Below are positions 1 through 8,220 of a stretch of DNA of 32,692 bases, in pieces; within the stretch, counting starts at the first letter, position 1, and every line of letters starts with the position of its first letter. The translations under genes and the position numbers were made by a program. The notes under the pieces were generated by a model that worked only from the letters and a program-made list of their open reading frames with translations, was not told where the DNA came from and made no database searches. The DNA comes from Acidobacteriaceae bacterium (lineage in GTDB: Bacteria > Acidobacteriota > Terriglobia > Bryobacterales > Bryobacteraceae), in the NCBI GenBank assembly GCA_019244945.1, contig JAFASD010000434.1:1-32692 (forward strand). Reading direction: 5' to 3'.

Positions 1-788
1 TCGCGATTGGAACGCCTGAAGGCGTCATAAACGTTTCGATTTCTACGCCGGGTGCAAAGCACAAAGAGAACCCGTGCGCCGTACCCGATAGTGTGCAGGC
101 CGATGTTGTTGATGGAGTTGGCGTGGTCAAGATCCCGCTTTTTCCAGGGAAATTGGGCATCGATTTTGCTCGTGAACTGTCCAGTACTTTCGACCGATTC
201 AACGGCGTGGATCGCCTGGTGGTCGATCTAAGAGGTAATCCGGGTGGTGGAATCGGCGGCTTGCGCCTAATGAGTCTTATGGTGCCCGGCAAAGCACCAG
301 TAGGTTTCAGTATCGATCGCGCAACCGCGGAGCGCGGCTTTGATAAAACCGACCTTCCCCGTTTTGGAAGACTTCCGGCTTCAAAATTTGAGATACCCTT
401 GCTCGCTCTGCGCTTTGCACGAAAGAAATCCGTGGTGCTCGTCACTGAAGGCCTCGGACCTCGACAGTTTCACGGCCATATTGTGGTGCTCGTAAATGAG
501 CACACTGCGTGTGCATCTGAAATGGTTGCGCTATTTGCACGCGAAGAGGCAGGTGCAAAGATCGTTGGGATGACGACGCCTGGCAAACTCGTGTCTCATA
601 CCGGATTCAACGTTGGTCACGGTTTCACGCTCGCATTGCCCGTGGCCGCATACAGCAGTTGGAAGGGAACGCGTTTGGACGGAGATGGCATCGTGCCTGA
701 TTTTACTGTCGATTGGTCGTACTCGGATGCGCGAAAGGGCGTCGACAAACAACTCTCATCGGCGGTTAGCGTCTGCAAATCTGAGTGA
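1..788 (+). CDS. S41 family (C-terminal processing / tail-specific) peptidase, 5'-truncated by window edge
   Basis: Frame 3 is open from nt 3 with no stop, so the ORF-track start at 93 is internal. Motifs DLRGNPGGG and NEHTACASEMVA...TTPGK fit the S41 Ser/Lys-dyad catalytic domain. Confidence 0.75.
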   Translation, partial: AIGTPEGVINVSISTPGAKHKENPCAVPDSVQADVVDGVGVVKIPLFPGKLGIDFARELSSTFDRFNGVDRLVVDLRGNPGGGIGGLRLMSLMVPGKAPVGFSIDRATAERGFDKTDLPRFGRLPASKFEIPLLALRFARKKSVVLVTEGLGPRQFHGHIVVLVNEHTACASEMVALFAREEAGAKIVGMTTPGKLVSHTGFNVGHGFTLALPVAAYSSWKGTRLDGDGIVPDFTVDWSYSDARKGVDKQLSSAVSVCKSE

Positions 789-1069
789 TTTCAGATCTCC
801 CAGCCATGGACCCGAAAGCCCGGAAGTGCGCGAATCTGCACGGCACCGAGCTCTGTTCGCAAACGCGAGAGCATAGAGATATGTACGCCCGCACGCGCGA
901 AGAGTTTCTCGAAATCCTAGTCGATTTCGGACTAAGCTCCGGGGATTGAGACTACGAACCACGATTTTATGCTCCGGCGGCGAATGGCTTATGTGCTGCT
1001 GCTTGTCCTATCTTTGGTGGCCGACTTGCGTCAGTTGGCAGTTGAATATACTTTCTGTTTTTCCTCAAC

Positions 1070-2932
1070 TTACAACTGTAGGCCGATTTTAAGTACAACT
1101 TTCTTACTCGCTTCAAGCCATTCTGAGTTCAATTCCAGCAGTAGTTCTATTTCAGCTGTGCCCGGATTTCCCTCGACGTCTCTGACCTGAACCATCGTTC
1201 TTGCGAGCGGGAGCGTTGACGAATAGGGGAATTGAAGGTTGCGTCGACCTTTGCCTGGATGATCAACATATTGCTCAATCCATGCAGCAACCTCGTGCTG
1301 CAACTCGATGCTCGAACGTCCTTTGTTCTGCCACTGCATCCCTTCGATGCTATGGGCAATCTGACATGCCACTAATAGATGTTCCAATTCGCGTGATGTC
1401 AATGCTTCGGGAGAGCACACGCGCTGTTGATCTGAACTCTTCGGTGATTCGATTTCGTATAACGTTGGAATTTTCCAAAATACAGCCGCTCCGGTCCCGC
1501 GATCATATTCGAGTACTGCAAATCCTTGTTTAGAAAGCGCCGCGCCTGCAGAACGGGATAGCAGACCTTCGATGGGAGGCACCGTTTTGAAAAAAGCATT
1601 TTCCGCAATCGGAGAATGAGGCTGGAGCCCCGGAACTCTACCGTTCCTTAAGCCATGCATTTCTAAGCACCAGCCACGTTGCGCATAAGCCGTGATCATG
1701 CACGTACCGATTGCGTACGCAGCGTTTGACCACAAATAGTCCGACACTTTGGCTAGAGTCTCGGTATGCTTCCAGTTTGTGCGCGGGGACGTGTGATCCA
1801 AATAGGGATTGCGGAGTCTAATGCGCGGCAACGTCAATATGCAATATGAAGACTCTCGCGCTTTTCGAAACTCACGCCAGCCATACGACGAATCGTATGC
1901 GCATCTGTCGTCCCAATAGGTAGGGTCTTGCGAGAGTTCGGCAAACGATTTAGCTCCGAATGCATTGGGACCGATTGCGGAAATGATCGGTGCGTGTGCT
2001 ATCGCGGCAGCCGCACAGAGTCGTTCGAGCAGAAATGCATCTGGGTCGTTGACGTGGGGAGTGAATTCGTAGTCGGCGATCATCGCCAGACAAGGTCTAG
2101 CACGGGTGGGCCTATCTCTCTGAACGCGTTCCGCAGAATGGAACAGTAGTAATTTGCTCGACAGCTCCGATGATCGTTCAACTTCTCGAATCGTACTCAA
2201 CAGATCGTGCTTCGTTGCATGAATGACCTCAATTGCAACCAGCGGCTCGAAGTGTTCTTTAGTCGCTCGCTGTAGGTCCGACATAATCCAGTGCATTTCG
2301 TCGCGATTTACAGTGCGTTCGCCGTTCGCGTTTTCTCTTGGGTCGATATAACGATTTTCTGAATACTCCAGCAAGTATTCGAGACCGCGCCAGCTCGCCT
2401 CTAAAGACTGAAATTCTGGATGATGTAGAATCTCGTTAACTTGAGTTGACAAGATTCCTGGTATTTCAGGTTTGCTGCCGTGAGGTTCGTCCAGGAGGTT
2501 TCGCAATGCCGGCAGACATTCGACAATGTGGCTGGGACCAAAGTCGTCCATACATTCGAACCAGAGTTCCGCCTGCAGAACTTCCGCTGAACTCATCTCT
2601 TGTGATCGCCGGCACATGTGATTCAGAACGGCGATCTGAATACCAGGAGTCCCCACATAGTCAAAAACGGTCTTCGATTGTTGTCCCCGCGCTTTTTCCA
2701 GATCCTTTCTCGTCTTCGGCAAAGTCAGTTTCGTGAGAGGATGCGATTTCGCCTCGTTGCTCACGCGCCCTCTTCCAGGATCTGTTAAAGCACGAACAGG
2801 ATTAAGAGGGTTGTTCCCCGCGAAGTCTCCGATAACCAAAACTCTGACCGGAAGATCCGGCAAAAAGACACGCTCTACTCGCGTTTTGCGGGGTCGCCAG
2901 TGTTCTCCAGAGGGAGATTTTTTCGTTCGCAT
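1070..2932 (-). CDS. Fused TssB-like / TssC-like contractile sheath protein (single polypeptide, 620 aa)
   Basis: The N-terminal ~155 aa carry TssB motifs: LPVRVLVIGDFAG versus LPLNILVLGDFKG, and FECMDDFGPSHIVECLPAL versus IERMIDFGPDAIVSKLAPF of the tssB at 9667. From aa ~165 the protein is collinear with the TssC at 10208: EILHHPEFQSLEASWRGLEYLL, AMIADYEF, AHAPIISA, LTLPRIRLRNPY, YLWSNAAYA. One uninterrupted ORF with an ATG start. Confidence 0.8.
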   Translation of the reverse strand: MRTKKSPSGEHWRPRKTRVERVFLPDLPVRVLVIGDFAGNNPLNPVRALTDPGRGRVSNEAKSHPLTKLTLPKTRKDLEKARGQQSKTVFDYVGTPGIQIAVLNHMCRRSQEMSSAEVLQAELWFECMDDFGPSHIVECLPALRNLLDEPHGSKPEIPGILSTQVNEILHHPEFQSLEASWRGLEYLLEYSENRYIDPRENANGERTVNRDEMHWIMSDLQRATKEHFEPLVAIEVIHATKHDLLSTIREVERSSELSSKLLLFHSAERVQRDRPTRARPCLAMIADYEFTPHVNDPDAFLLERLCAAAAIAHAPIISAIGPNAFGAKSFAELSQDPTYWDDRCAYDSSYGWREFRKARESSYCILTLPRIRLRNPYLDHTSPRTNWKHTETLAKVSDYLWSNAAYAIGTCMITAYAQRGWCLEMHGLRNGRVPGLQPHSPIAENAFFKTVPPIEGLLSRSAGAALSKQGFAVLEYDRGTGAAVFWKIPTLYEIESPKSSDQQRVCSPEALTSRELEHLLVACQIAHSIEGMQWQNKGRSSIELQHEVAAWIEQYVDHPGKGRRNLQFPYSSTLPLARTMVQVRDVEGNPGTAEIELLLELNSEWLEASKKVVLKIGLQL

Positions 2933-3052
2933 AGAAACATCTTCGTGTTTGGAGCAGCTTTTATGCGCCTCCGTAGCGAACGCATTTGTTCTCGGTACGG
3001 GAGCGTCTACTTGAGCCTGTGAAGTGCATGATGTTGAGCGGTCGAGAACACG

Positions 3053-4309
3053 TCACTTACGGAAATCCTGCTCGGTAAGTCCAGGAACTGCGGCAATCTT
3101 CGCGAAACGCATCTGAATGGCACGCTGGCTAGAATCTGGTTTAAGCTGCATGATGGTCGGATATTGGCTTCGCCCGAAGGGTTTGTATTGTGAATATAAG
3201 ATTTCACGGGTAGGCCCGACCTTGAGAGTGCACCTTACCGTTGTCGGTAGCGATTGATCGTTCAGTGTGACGTAGTAGACCGCTAAATCATTTTTCGCTT
3301 GGATCGTGGTAGGTGTTGCCGTTCCAGGATCTGCGAGTAGCTCAACGTTATTCCCACCCAAAATATCCAGGACATTCGGCAGCTGAAAGTCCCGAAAAAG
3401 ACGCACAAAGTCTTGAAGTGATGGTTCTACCCACGCCACCGCCGGTTTGAGCTTTGCTTTGGATCGGGTTGAAGCGTCAATAACAGAGATCGTTTCGTGG
3501 CCAGCACCGTTGATATCCATCAAAGCCATACCAGGAATTTTCCAATTCGCCTTGATGCTCCAGGCCGTGCTCTTTCCGTCTTCCGACCATATTGTTGCTT
3601 CGCCGGAGGCAGTGCCAGAACTCAGGTCCGACATCCCCTCTTTCCCGCCCAGAGCTTGGATTAGCGACGCTAATCGTTGCTTCCCGAATAGATGTCGGGT
3701 CTCCAGCGTGGGTGTCAGAACAAAGCGATCAACCGTCTTTTCCTTATCGGCTTCAAGTAATACCCGAGAAGTTGCAACCTCGTAATTCGGGTTGTGTTTT
3801 GCTATTTGAATTTGGATGGTACCCGGTTGCAGTCCCGAGACAGTCAGTTTCCCGTCAGTGGTCTTGTAATTCGTGGTTTTACCTTTTTCATCTGTTAGCG
3901 AAACCTCGCATTCAGCCGGCACACAAGTGAGGTTAAGGGGGCCTGCGACTTTGATTTTCTTATTAGAGCTTTCGACCTGCTGAGGCCTGAGCGCGTCCAA
4001 AACGCTTGCGGGCGCACCAGCAGCTTTCAACTGATCGAATTCCGAGTCAGTAAGTGGCGCGGCAAGATTTCTTTTCTTGATGGCCAAAACAATGCGGTTC
4101 TCTGGTATTACTTTCCTTTCCACCCACTGCACTACTTCCTGGAACACTATGGGTGGCCCCTGAGTAATATCAGGCGGCCGCGTTCGCTGTCTGGCTCGGG
4201 GAGTTGTTTGACCGCCTCGGGCTTCGAGTGCTGCTTGCGTTGCCACTGGTCCAGACGACGCTACTTGAATCAGGCAAAAGCTCAAAGCGATAATTGCGAA
4301 GAATTTCAT
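3053..4309 (-). CDS. Secreted hypothetical protein (signal peptide; PEGA-like beta-sandwich segment)
   Basis: The ORF runs 3053..4366. The internal ATG at 4309 gives the signal peptide MKFFAIIALSFCLIQVASS and removes the overlap with the upstream gene (stop at 4332). NLTCVPAECEVSL...GLQPGTIQIQIAK resembles a PEGA-type domain. The C-terminal half is unassigned. Confidence 0.55.
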   Translation of the reverse strand: MKFFAIIALSFCLIQVASSGPVATQAALEARGGQTTPRARQRTRPPDITQGPPIVFQEVVQWVERKVIPENRIVLAIKKRNLAAPLTDSEFDQLKAAGAPASVLDALRPQQVESSNKKIKVAGPLNLTCVPAECEVSLTDEKGKTTNYKTTDGKLTVSGLQPGTIQIQIAKHNPNYEVATSRVLLEADKEKTVDRFVLTPTLETRHLFGKQRLASLIQALGGKEGMSDLSSGTASGEATIWSEDGKSTAWSIKANWKIPGMALMDINGAGHETISVIDASTRSKAKLKPAVAWVEPSLQDFVRLFRDFQLPNVLDILGGNNVELLADPGTATPTTIQAKNDLAVYYVTLNDQSLPTTVRCTLKVGPTREILYSQYKPFGRSQYPTIMQLKPDSSQRAIQMRFAKIAAVPGLTEQDFRK

Positions 4310-4331
4310 AGCCCCGTCACAGTGCACTTTC

Positions 4332-5438
4332 CTACGGCACCTCGGTTTCGGCCTTTTTGGCCTCAATCACCGTGTGTCTTAGCTGTCGAGCTTCGCGAAA
4401 ATCGGGATTTCGGCGTAAAAGAAAATCCAGTACGCGTCTTGCTTTGTCGTATTCACCCGCTCTGTACAGCTCTTCAGCTCTTTGCATGACTTCAGCCAAC
4501 GCGCTTTCAGACAGCGGCACCCGCGGCGCCGTAGTTCCTGTGGCTCCCGTGTTCGGAACTCTCGGTAGTAGCGTGGAGTTGTTAATCGATTGCTGTTGTG
4601 ATGATCCGCTAGCCTGGTTTGTCGGAACTTCAGTGGAGCCGGTCTTTGCTATCTGCGGTGCATTCTGTCCCGCATACGACCTGTACGTAGCGGCTTTATC
4701 TTTGTAAGGCTTCGCAGCTTCAGGTGACGTTTGCCTCTGGGCAAGGATTTCCTCCCATTTTGCTAGCGCCGTATAATACCGGGTTTGGAGATCCAGATCT
4801 CTTGGAGGTTGGAAATCTTCTAGTCTTGTGACGTAATTGCCAATCTCATCCATACCGTCTGATTCCGGAGGTGGTGAGTTCAATGCCCATTTCAGCTCTT
4901 GTGATGCGTCGAAGGTCAAGTATTCGCGCTGCATAAAGCCGATGGGAAACGCTCGACCGTCGCGCACAAGCTGCACCTTGATCCAGTGAGGCTCCGTTGC
5001 AGGTAGCTCAAGAACGTGAATCGATTCTCCGCGCTCTGCCTCGTAAAGCGATTTTGATATGAGTGAAGGAGCGACAAAAATTGAAACTCTCGCCGGTTTT
5101 ATCTTTGCTGTCGTTAAAGAGGGTGCCAGAACTGGACGCGATTGAAACATGTCCTTCACGCGACTGGCAACTCCCGTTTCGGCAAGCGCAATCAGAATTA
5201 CAGCGCCGACGAGCGCTGCGGCCGTAACTTTGAGCCAAGTCGGAAATGGCGGGAAAAATACCCGTTCCCAAGAACTGCGACGGAGTTGGTGTAACTTGCG
5301 TTTCTGCCTCGCTAATTCAGCTTCGGCGTGCCGCCACTGTGGTGAGCGTTTTACATCCTCGTCCTTGATAGCCCTTTGGAGTTCCTCTATATCCTTCGTG
5401 ATTTTCTGGATCTCTAATTGCCGGCGGTCAGGACTCAT
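4332..5438 (-). CDS. Single-pass membrane protein with SH3b-like and C-terminal TPR-like segments
   Basis: ATG 5438 overlaps the kinase stop by 11 nt (ATGAGTCCTGA). It has a charged N-terminal coiled-coil and one TM helix (WLKVTAAALVGAVILIALAETGV). An SH3b-like stretch follows (ARVSIFVAPS...GESIHVLEL...HWIKVQL...GFM), then an S/T/Q/P-rich linker and a TPR-like helix pair (AEELYRAGEYDKARRVLDFLLRRNPDFREA). Confidence 0.55.
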   Translation of the reverse strand: MSPDRRQLEIQKITKDIEELQRAIKDEDVKRSPQWRHAEAELARQKRKLHQLRRSSWERVFFPPFPTWLKVTAAALVGAVILIALAETGVASRVKDMFQSRPVLAPSLTTAKIKPARVSIFVAPSLISKSLYEAERGESIHVLELPATEPHWIKVQLVRDGRAFPIGFMQREYLTFDASQELKWALNSPPPESDGMDEIGNYVTRLEDFQPPRDLDLQTRYYTALAKWEEILAQRQTSPEAAKPYKDKAATYRSYAGQNAPQIAKTGSTEVPTNQASGSSQQQSINNSTLLPRVPNTGATGTTAPRVPLSESALAEVMQRAEELYRAGEYDKARRVLDFLLRRNPDFREARQLRHTVIEAKKAETEVP

Positions 5439-7881
5439 TGCTGCCCCGTTCCCTAGAATGTTCGCGAATGCGGGTTACCAACTGTTCTAGAAGTGCTCGT
5501 TTGACCTTTTTCTTCAATTGGAGCAAGCGCGGGTGATTGGGTGCAATGGCCAGCCCATCTGTAACGCGTTGCTCTGCCGATGGCAGTTGCCCTGCCTCTA
5601 TGTCGTTCTCGGCTAGGCTGTAGAGATTTTCTGCCCGAAGCCGACGAGCAAGCCGCCTTTCCGAGAATTCACTGCTGCAAAGCAGTTCGAGCGATTTCGA
5701 GTATTGGCCGGTTTCTCTGGCTGCCCATGCAGACGTCAACGCATTTTCGAAGGTCGGCTGAGAATTCAAACCAGCGCTTACAACTTCTGCCTTCTCCTGA
5801 AGATCGCTATCAGGATCAGATTCAAGGAGGATTCGCGCAAGCACGTCACTTGCAAGCCGATACTCCTCCATTGCTACATAGAGGTTCAATTGCCGGCGTC
5901 GACCCTCAAGCACGACCTGTCTAGCGGCTCGAGCGGGGCTATCCCTAACTCCCAGCACTATCTCCCCCAGATATGGGTGATCTTTCCAAAAGAACCGCAA
6001 AGCGCGCCAATCAGATAACGCTTCGGCAAGACTTGCCGGTCCCTGAGCTGTTTGTCCAGTTTGCCTTAGCGCGAGGAGCGCATCCAAAACCCCGCACACC
6101 GGATGATGGATGTGGACGGCCTTGAGGCTATCCAGTAATTCACGCGCTCTGTCCAGTTTTCCTTCAGCAAGCGTGTGCAGTACCGCGTTGGCCTCTTCTT
6201 CGAACATCCGATGTAAGCTACGAACGTGCTCGCTCTCCGCTCGTGCTAAGTCATCCCCGCCGCAAAAATCCGAATAGGCGTCATACCAAAGCGCGGACTC
6301 CTCATACCGGTGTTGATGACGCGCCGCTTCCGCTTCTTTCAATAGCTTGGTCGCATTATCAAGCTGAATGTTGTCTTCCTGCTCCCGGAGTTCTATGTAA
6401 TCCGATAAACGTAAGAGCTCCAGCGTGCCGCCATACCGCATCCCCTCTTCTATATGTTTCTTTGCGTCCGCGTAGGCGTGAGCGGCGATTTGAGTACTTG
6501 CCTTGGCGGCTTCTGCCATGGGCAATAGCTCACGATGGAACGCAAAGACGCTTGAATGACTAGGGGACCGCCGCATGACTTGATTTGTGATGTTATATGC
6601 ATTTGTGTAATCACCTTCCTTGGCAAGTTGCCGGGCGTATCGGCGCACTGCACCGTCAATTTCGCGACGCAAATCCGTAATCTTAGAAGACGTTTCTCCC
6701 TTGTTCTCGATGGATTCCAATTCTTTCGAAATAGACAGCACTCGGTTAAAATCGCTTTCACTTGTAGCGTGACAGAGTTCGCTGTATAGCTCGTCCACCT
6801 TCTCGTCCAACTGCTTCGCTTCATCCAGGAGTACCGTTAATTGGTCGGGAGTCGCAGGTATGGTGAGTTGGTCTGATCGTGCATTCTGAATGCTTTCCCA
6901 AGCTTTCATGAAATCCTCGGGACTGCGAGGACGATTTTCGGGATCTTTCGCCATCGCCCGATGCACAAGTCGTGCGAAAAGGAGCATCCGCGTTTTCTCT
7001 GGACTCTCCTTGGCATGCTCCAAGGTGTCAATGGGCAAGCAAGGTGGAGGAGGATAAAATTGGATAGCGGCGAGAGCATCTTCCAAGTCTTCTGTTCGAA
7101 CGGTCTTAGACAAGGGGTGCTCACCCATCAATGCTTCATAACAAATCACGCCCAGCGCGTAGATATCGCTCTTCGCCGTAGGGTTGCTAAGTGACTCTGG
7201 CGCCCAGTACAGGGGTGTCCCCGTTGCCATCTCGAGCTCAGGTTCGTTTACAGGCTTGCAGACTCCGAAATCCACCAATGTGACCGCATCGTGCTTCCCG
7301 ACCATGATATTGGCCGGCTTAAGATCCCTATGCAGAAAGCTATTTTCATGGGCGTGCTGAAGCGCCGAGCAAATCTGTTTAAGCATGAAGTACCAGCGAT
7401 CCAAGGGGATCTTGCCTTGCTGCTTGAACAGCGTCTCCAAGGTCTCTCCTTCGACGAATTTCATGACAAGAAACCCATATGCGTTTCCGTCGTTGGAGAA
7501 GGTTCCGAAGTCGTAGAGATCGGCGATATTGGGGTGAGTTAGCGTTGTTAGGGCGTGGAGCTCGTTTGCAAATGTCTGGTCAAGTGAGTTGACAGTTTTG
7601 ACTGCTACCTTTCGTTTCGGGCCGTTCCGCACTTCATAGCCGGAAAATACCTTTCCCATCGATCCGGCTCCAATTTGTTCGACAATTCTCCACTGCTGCT
7701 GTCCGAACAATACAGATGGGACCCGCTCTGTGGAATCCTCGCTTGAACCGAATTCGCTTGTGTTCCAATCGCTGCCGGTGATGGGCTCTTCTGCTGCGAA
7801 TGCCTTGGCTGACATGACTACATGCCTTGGCAACTCGGCCAGCCGCCTCAGGTATTCGGTCGGCTTTTCGTTCAGGAGCAT
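5428..7881 (-). CDS. Hanks-type Ser/Thr protein kinase with ~500-aa C-terminal helical-repeat region
   Basis: Kinase subdomains GAGSMGKV, VAVK, HRDLKPANI, DFG and TPLYWAPE are present. No TM helix is seen in the long helical C-terminal region. The ORF opens with TTG at 7902, but ATG 7881 has GAGG 7 nt upstream and is preferred. Confidence 0.85.
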   Translation of the reverse strand: MLLNEKPTEYLRRLAELPRHVVMSAKAFAAEEPITGSDWNTSEFGSSEDSTERVPSVLFGQQQWRIVEQIGAGSMGKVFSGYEVRNGPKRKVAVKTVNSLDQTFANELHALTTLTHPNIADLYDFGTFSNDGNAYGFLVMKFVEGETLETLFKQQGKIPLDRWYFMLKQICSALQHAHENSFLHRDLKPANIMVGKHDAVTLVDFGVCKPVNEPELEMATGTPLYWAPESLSNPTAKSDIYALGVICYEALMGEHPLSKTVRTEDLEDALAAIQFYPPPPCLPIDTLEHAKESPEKTRMLLFARLVHRAMAKDPENRPRSPEDFMKAWESIQNARSDQLTIPATPDQLTVLLDEAKQLDEKVDELYSELCHATSESDFNRVLSISKELESIENKGETSSKITDLRREIDGAVRRYARQLAKEGDYTNAYNITNQVMRRSPSHSSVFAFHRELLPMAEAAKASTQIAAHAYADAKKHIEEGMRYGGTLELLRLSDYIELREQEDNIQLDNATKLLKEAEAARHQHRYEESALWYDAYSDFCGGDDLARAESEHVRSLHRMFEEEANAVLHTLAEGKLDRARELLDSLKAVHIHHPVCGVLDALLALRQTGQTAQGPASLAEALSDWRALRFFWKDHPYLGEIVLGVRDSPARAARQVVLEGRRRQLNLYVAMEEYRLASDVLARILLESDPDSDLQEKAEVVSAGLNSQPTFENALTSAWAARETGQYSKSLELLCSSEFSERRLARRLRAENLYSLAENDIEAGQLPSAEQRVTDGLAIAPNHPRLLQLKKKVKRALLEQLVTRIREHSRERGSNES

Positions 7882-8220
7882 GCCACCGCCTCTGGGAGAC
7901 AAACATTATAATACCGGCGATACGACTAAGCGTGGAACTCTTTGCCTGCCAGCCGCGTCGCCTACGCACAGCTGTTAATAGTGCTCGCTAACAGAACGAA
8001 TCTCACGACGAGATGCGCGTGAGTGAAACGAGAGTCGTTGACAAACGCTGAGTACGTGCGGTTGTATCGTGTTCGCCCGACCCTTGAAAAAGTGCCCCAT
8101 TCGTAAGTTCGGTACTTGAGATGCCGTTGAGAACCCAATTCGCCTGCCTTATTCCGTACTCAGATGTGATATGATTATGCGCCCATAGGAGGTTTTCTGA
8201 CGGCGAGCGCCACAGCGATT

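Noticed and set aside
910-929. 7-bp inverted repeat CGAAATC-N6-GATTTCG between the convergent peptidase and fused-sheath genes as a terminator
   Set aside because: The stem is AT-rich and weak, with no flanking U-tract on either strand. It is not convincing as an intrinsic terminator.
4310-4366. Longer start (4366) for the secreted protein and longer starts for 25318..26088 and 26204..26710
   Set aside because: Internal starts place a signal peptide at the N-terminus or sit behind strong AGGAGG-type ribosome-binding sites. They also remove overlaps with neighbouring genes.
5428-7881. Calling the kinase PpkA
   Set aside because: PpkA-type T6SS kinases have a TM segment and a periplasmic vWA-like domain, and occur with PppA and Fha. 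None of these is seen, so only the generic Hanks-kinase call is justified.
8038-8070. TTGACA at 8038-8043 as a tssA promoter -35 element, and a sigma-54 site in the 7882-8220 divergent region
   Set aside because: The best -10 at 17-18 nt spacing (TTGTAT) matches only 3/6. The TGGAAC...TTGC string has the wrong GG-GC spacing for sigma-54. No promoter can be supported here.
8187-8199. AGGAGG at 8187-8192, 28 nt upstream of the tssA ATG, suggesting an earlier in-frame CTG (8197) start
   Set aside because: A CTG start with a 4-nt spacer is unlikely, and the frame has a stop at 8167. ATG 8221 is retained, and the SD-like string may be coincidental.
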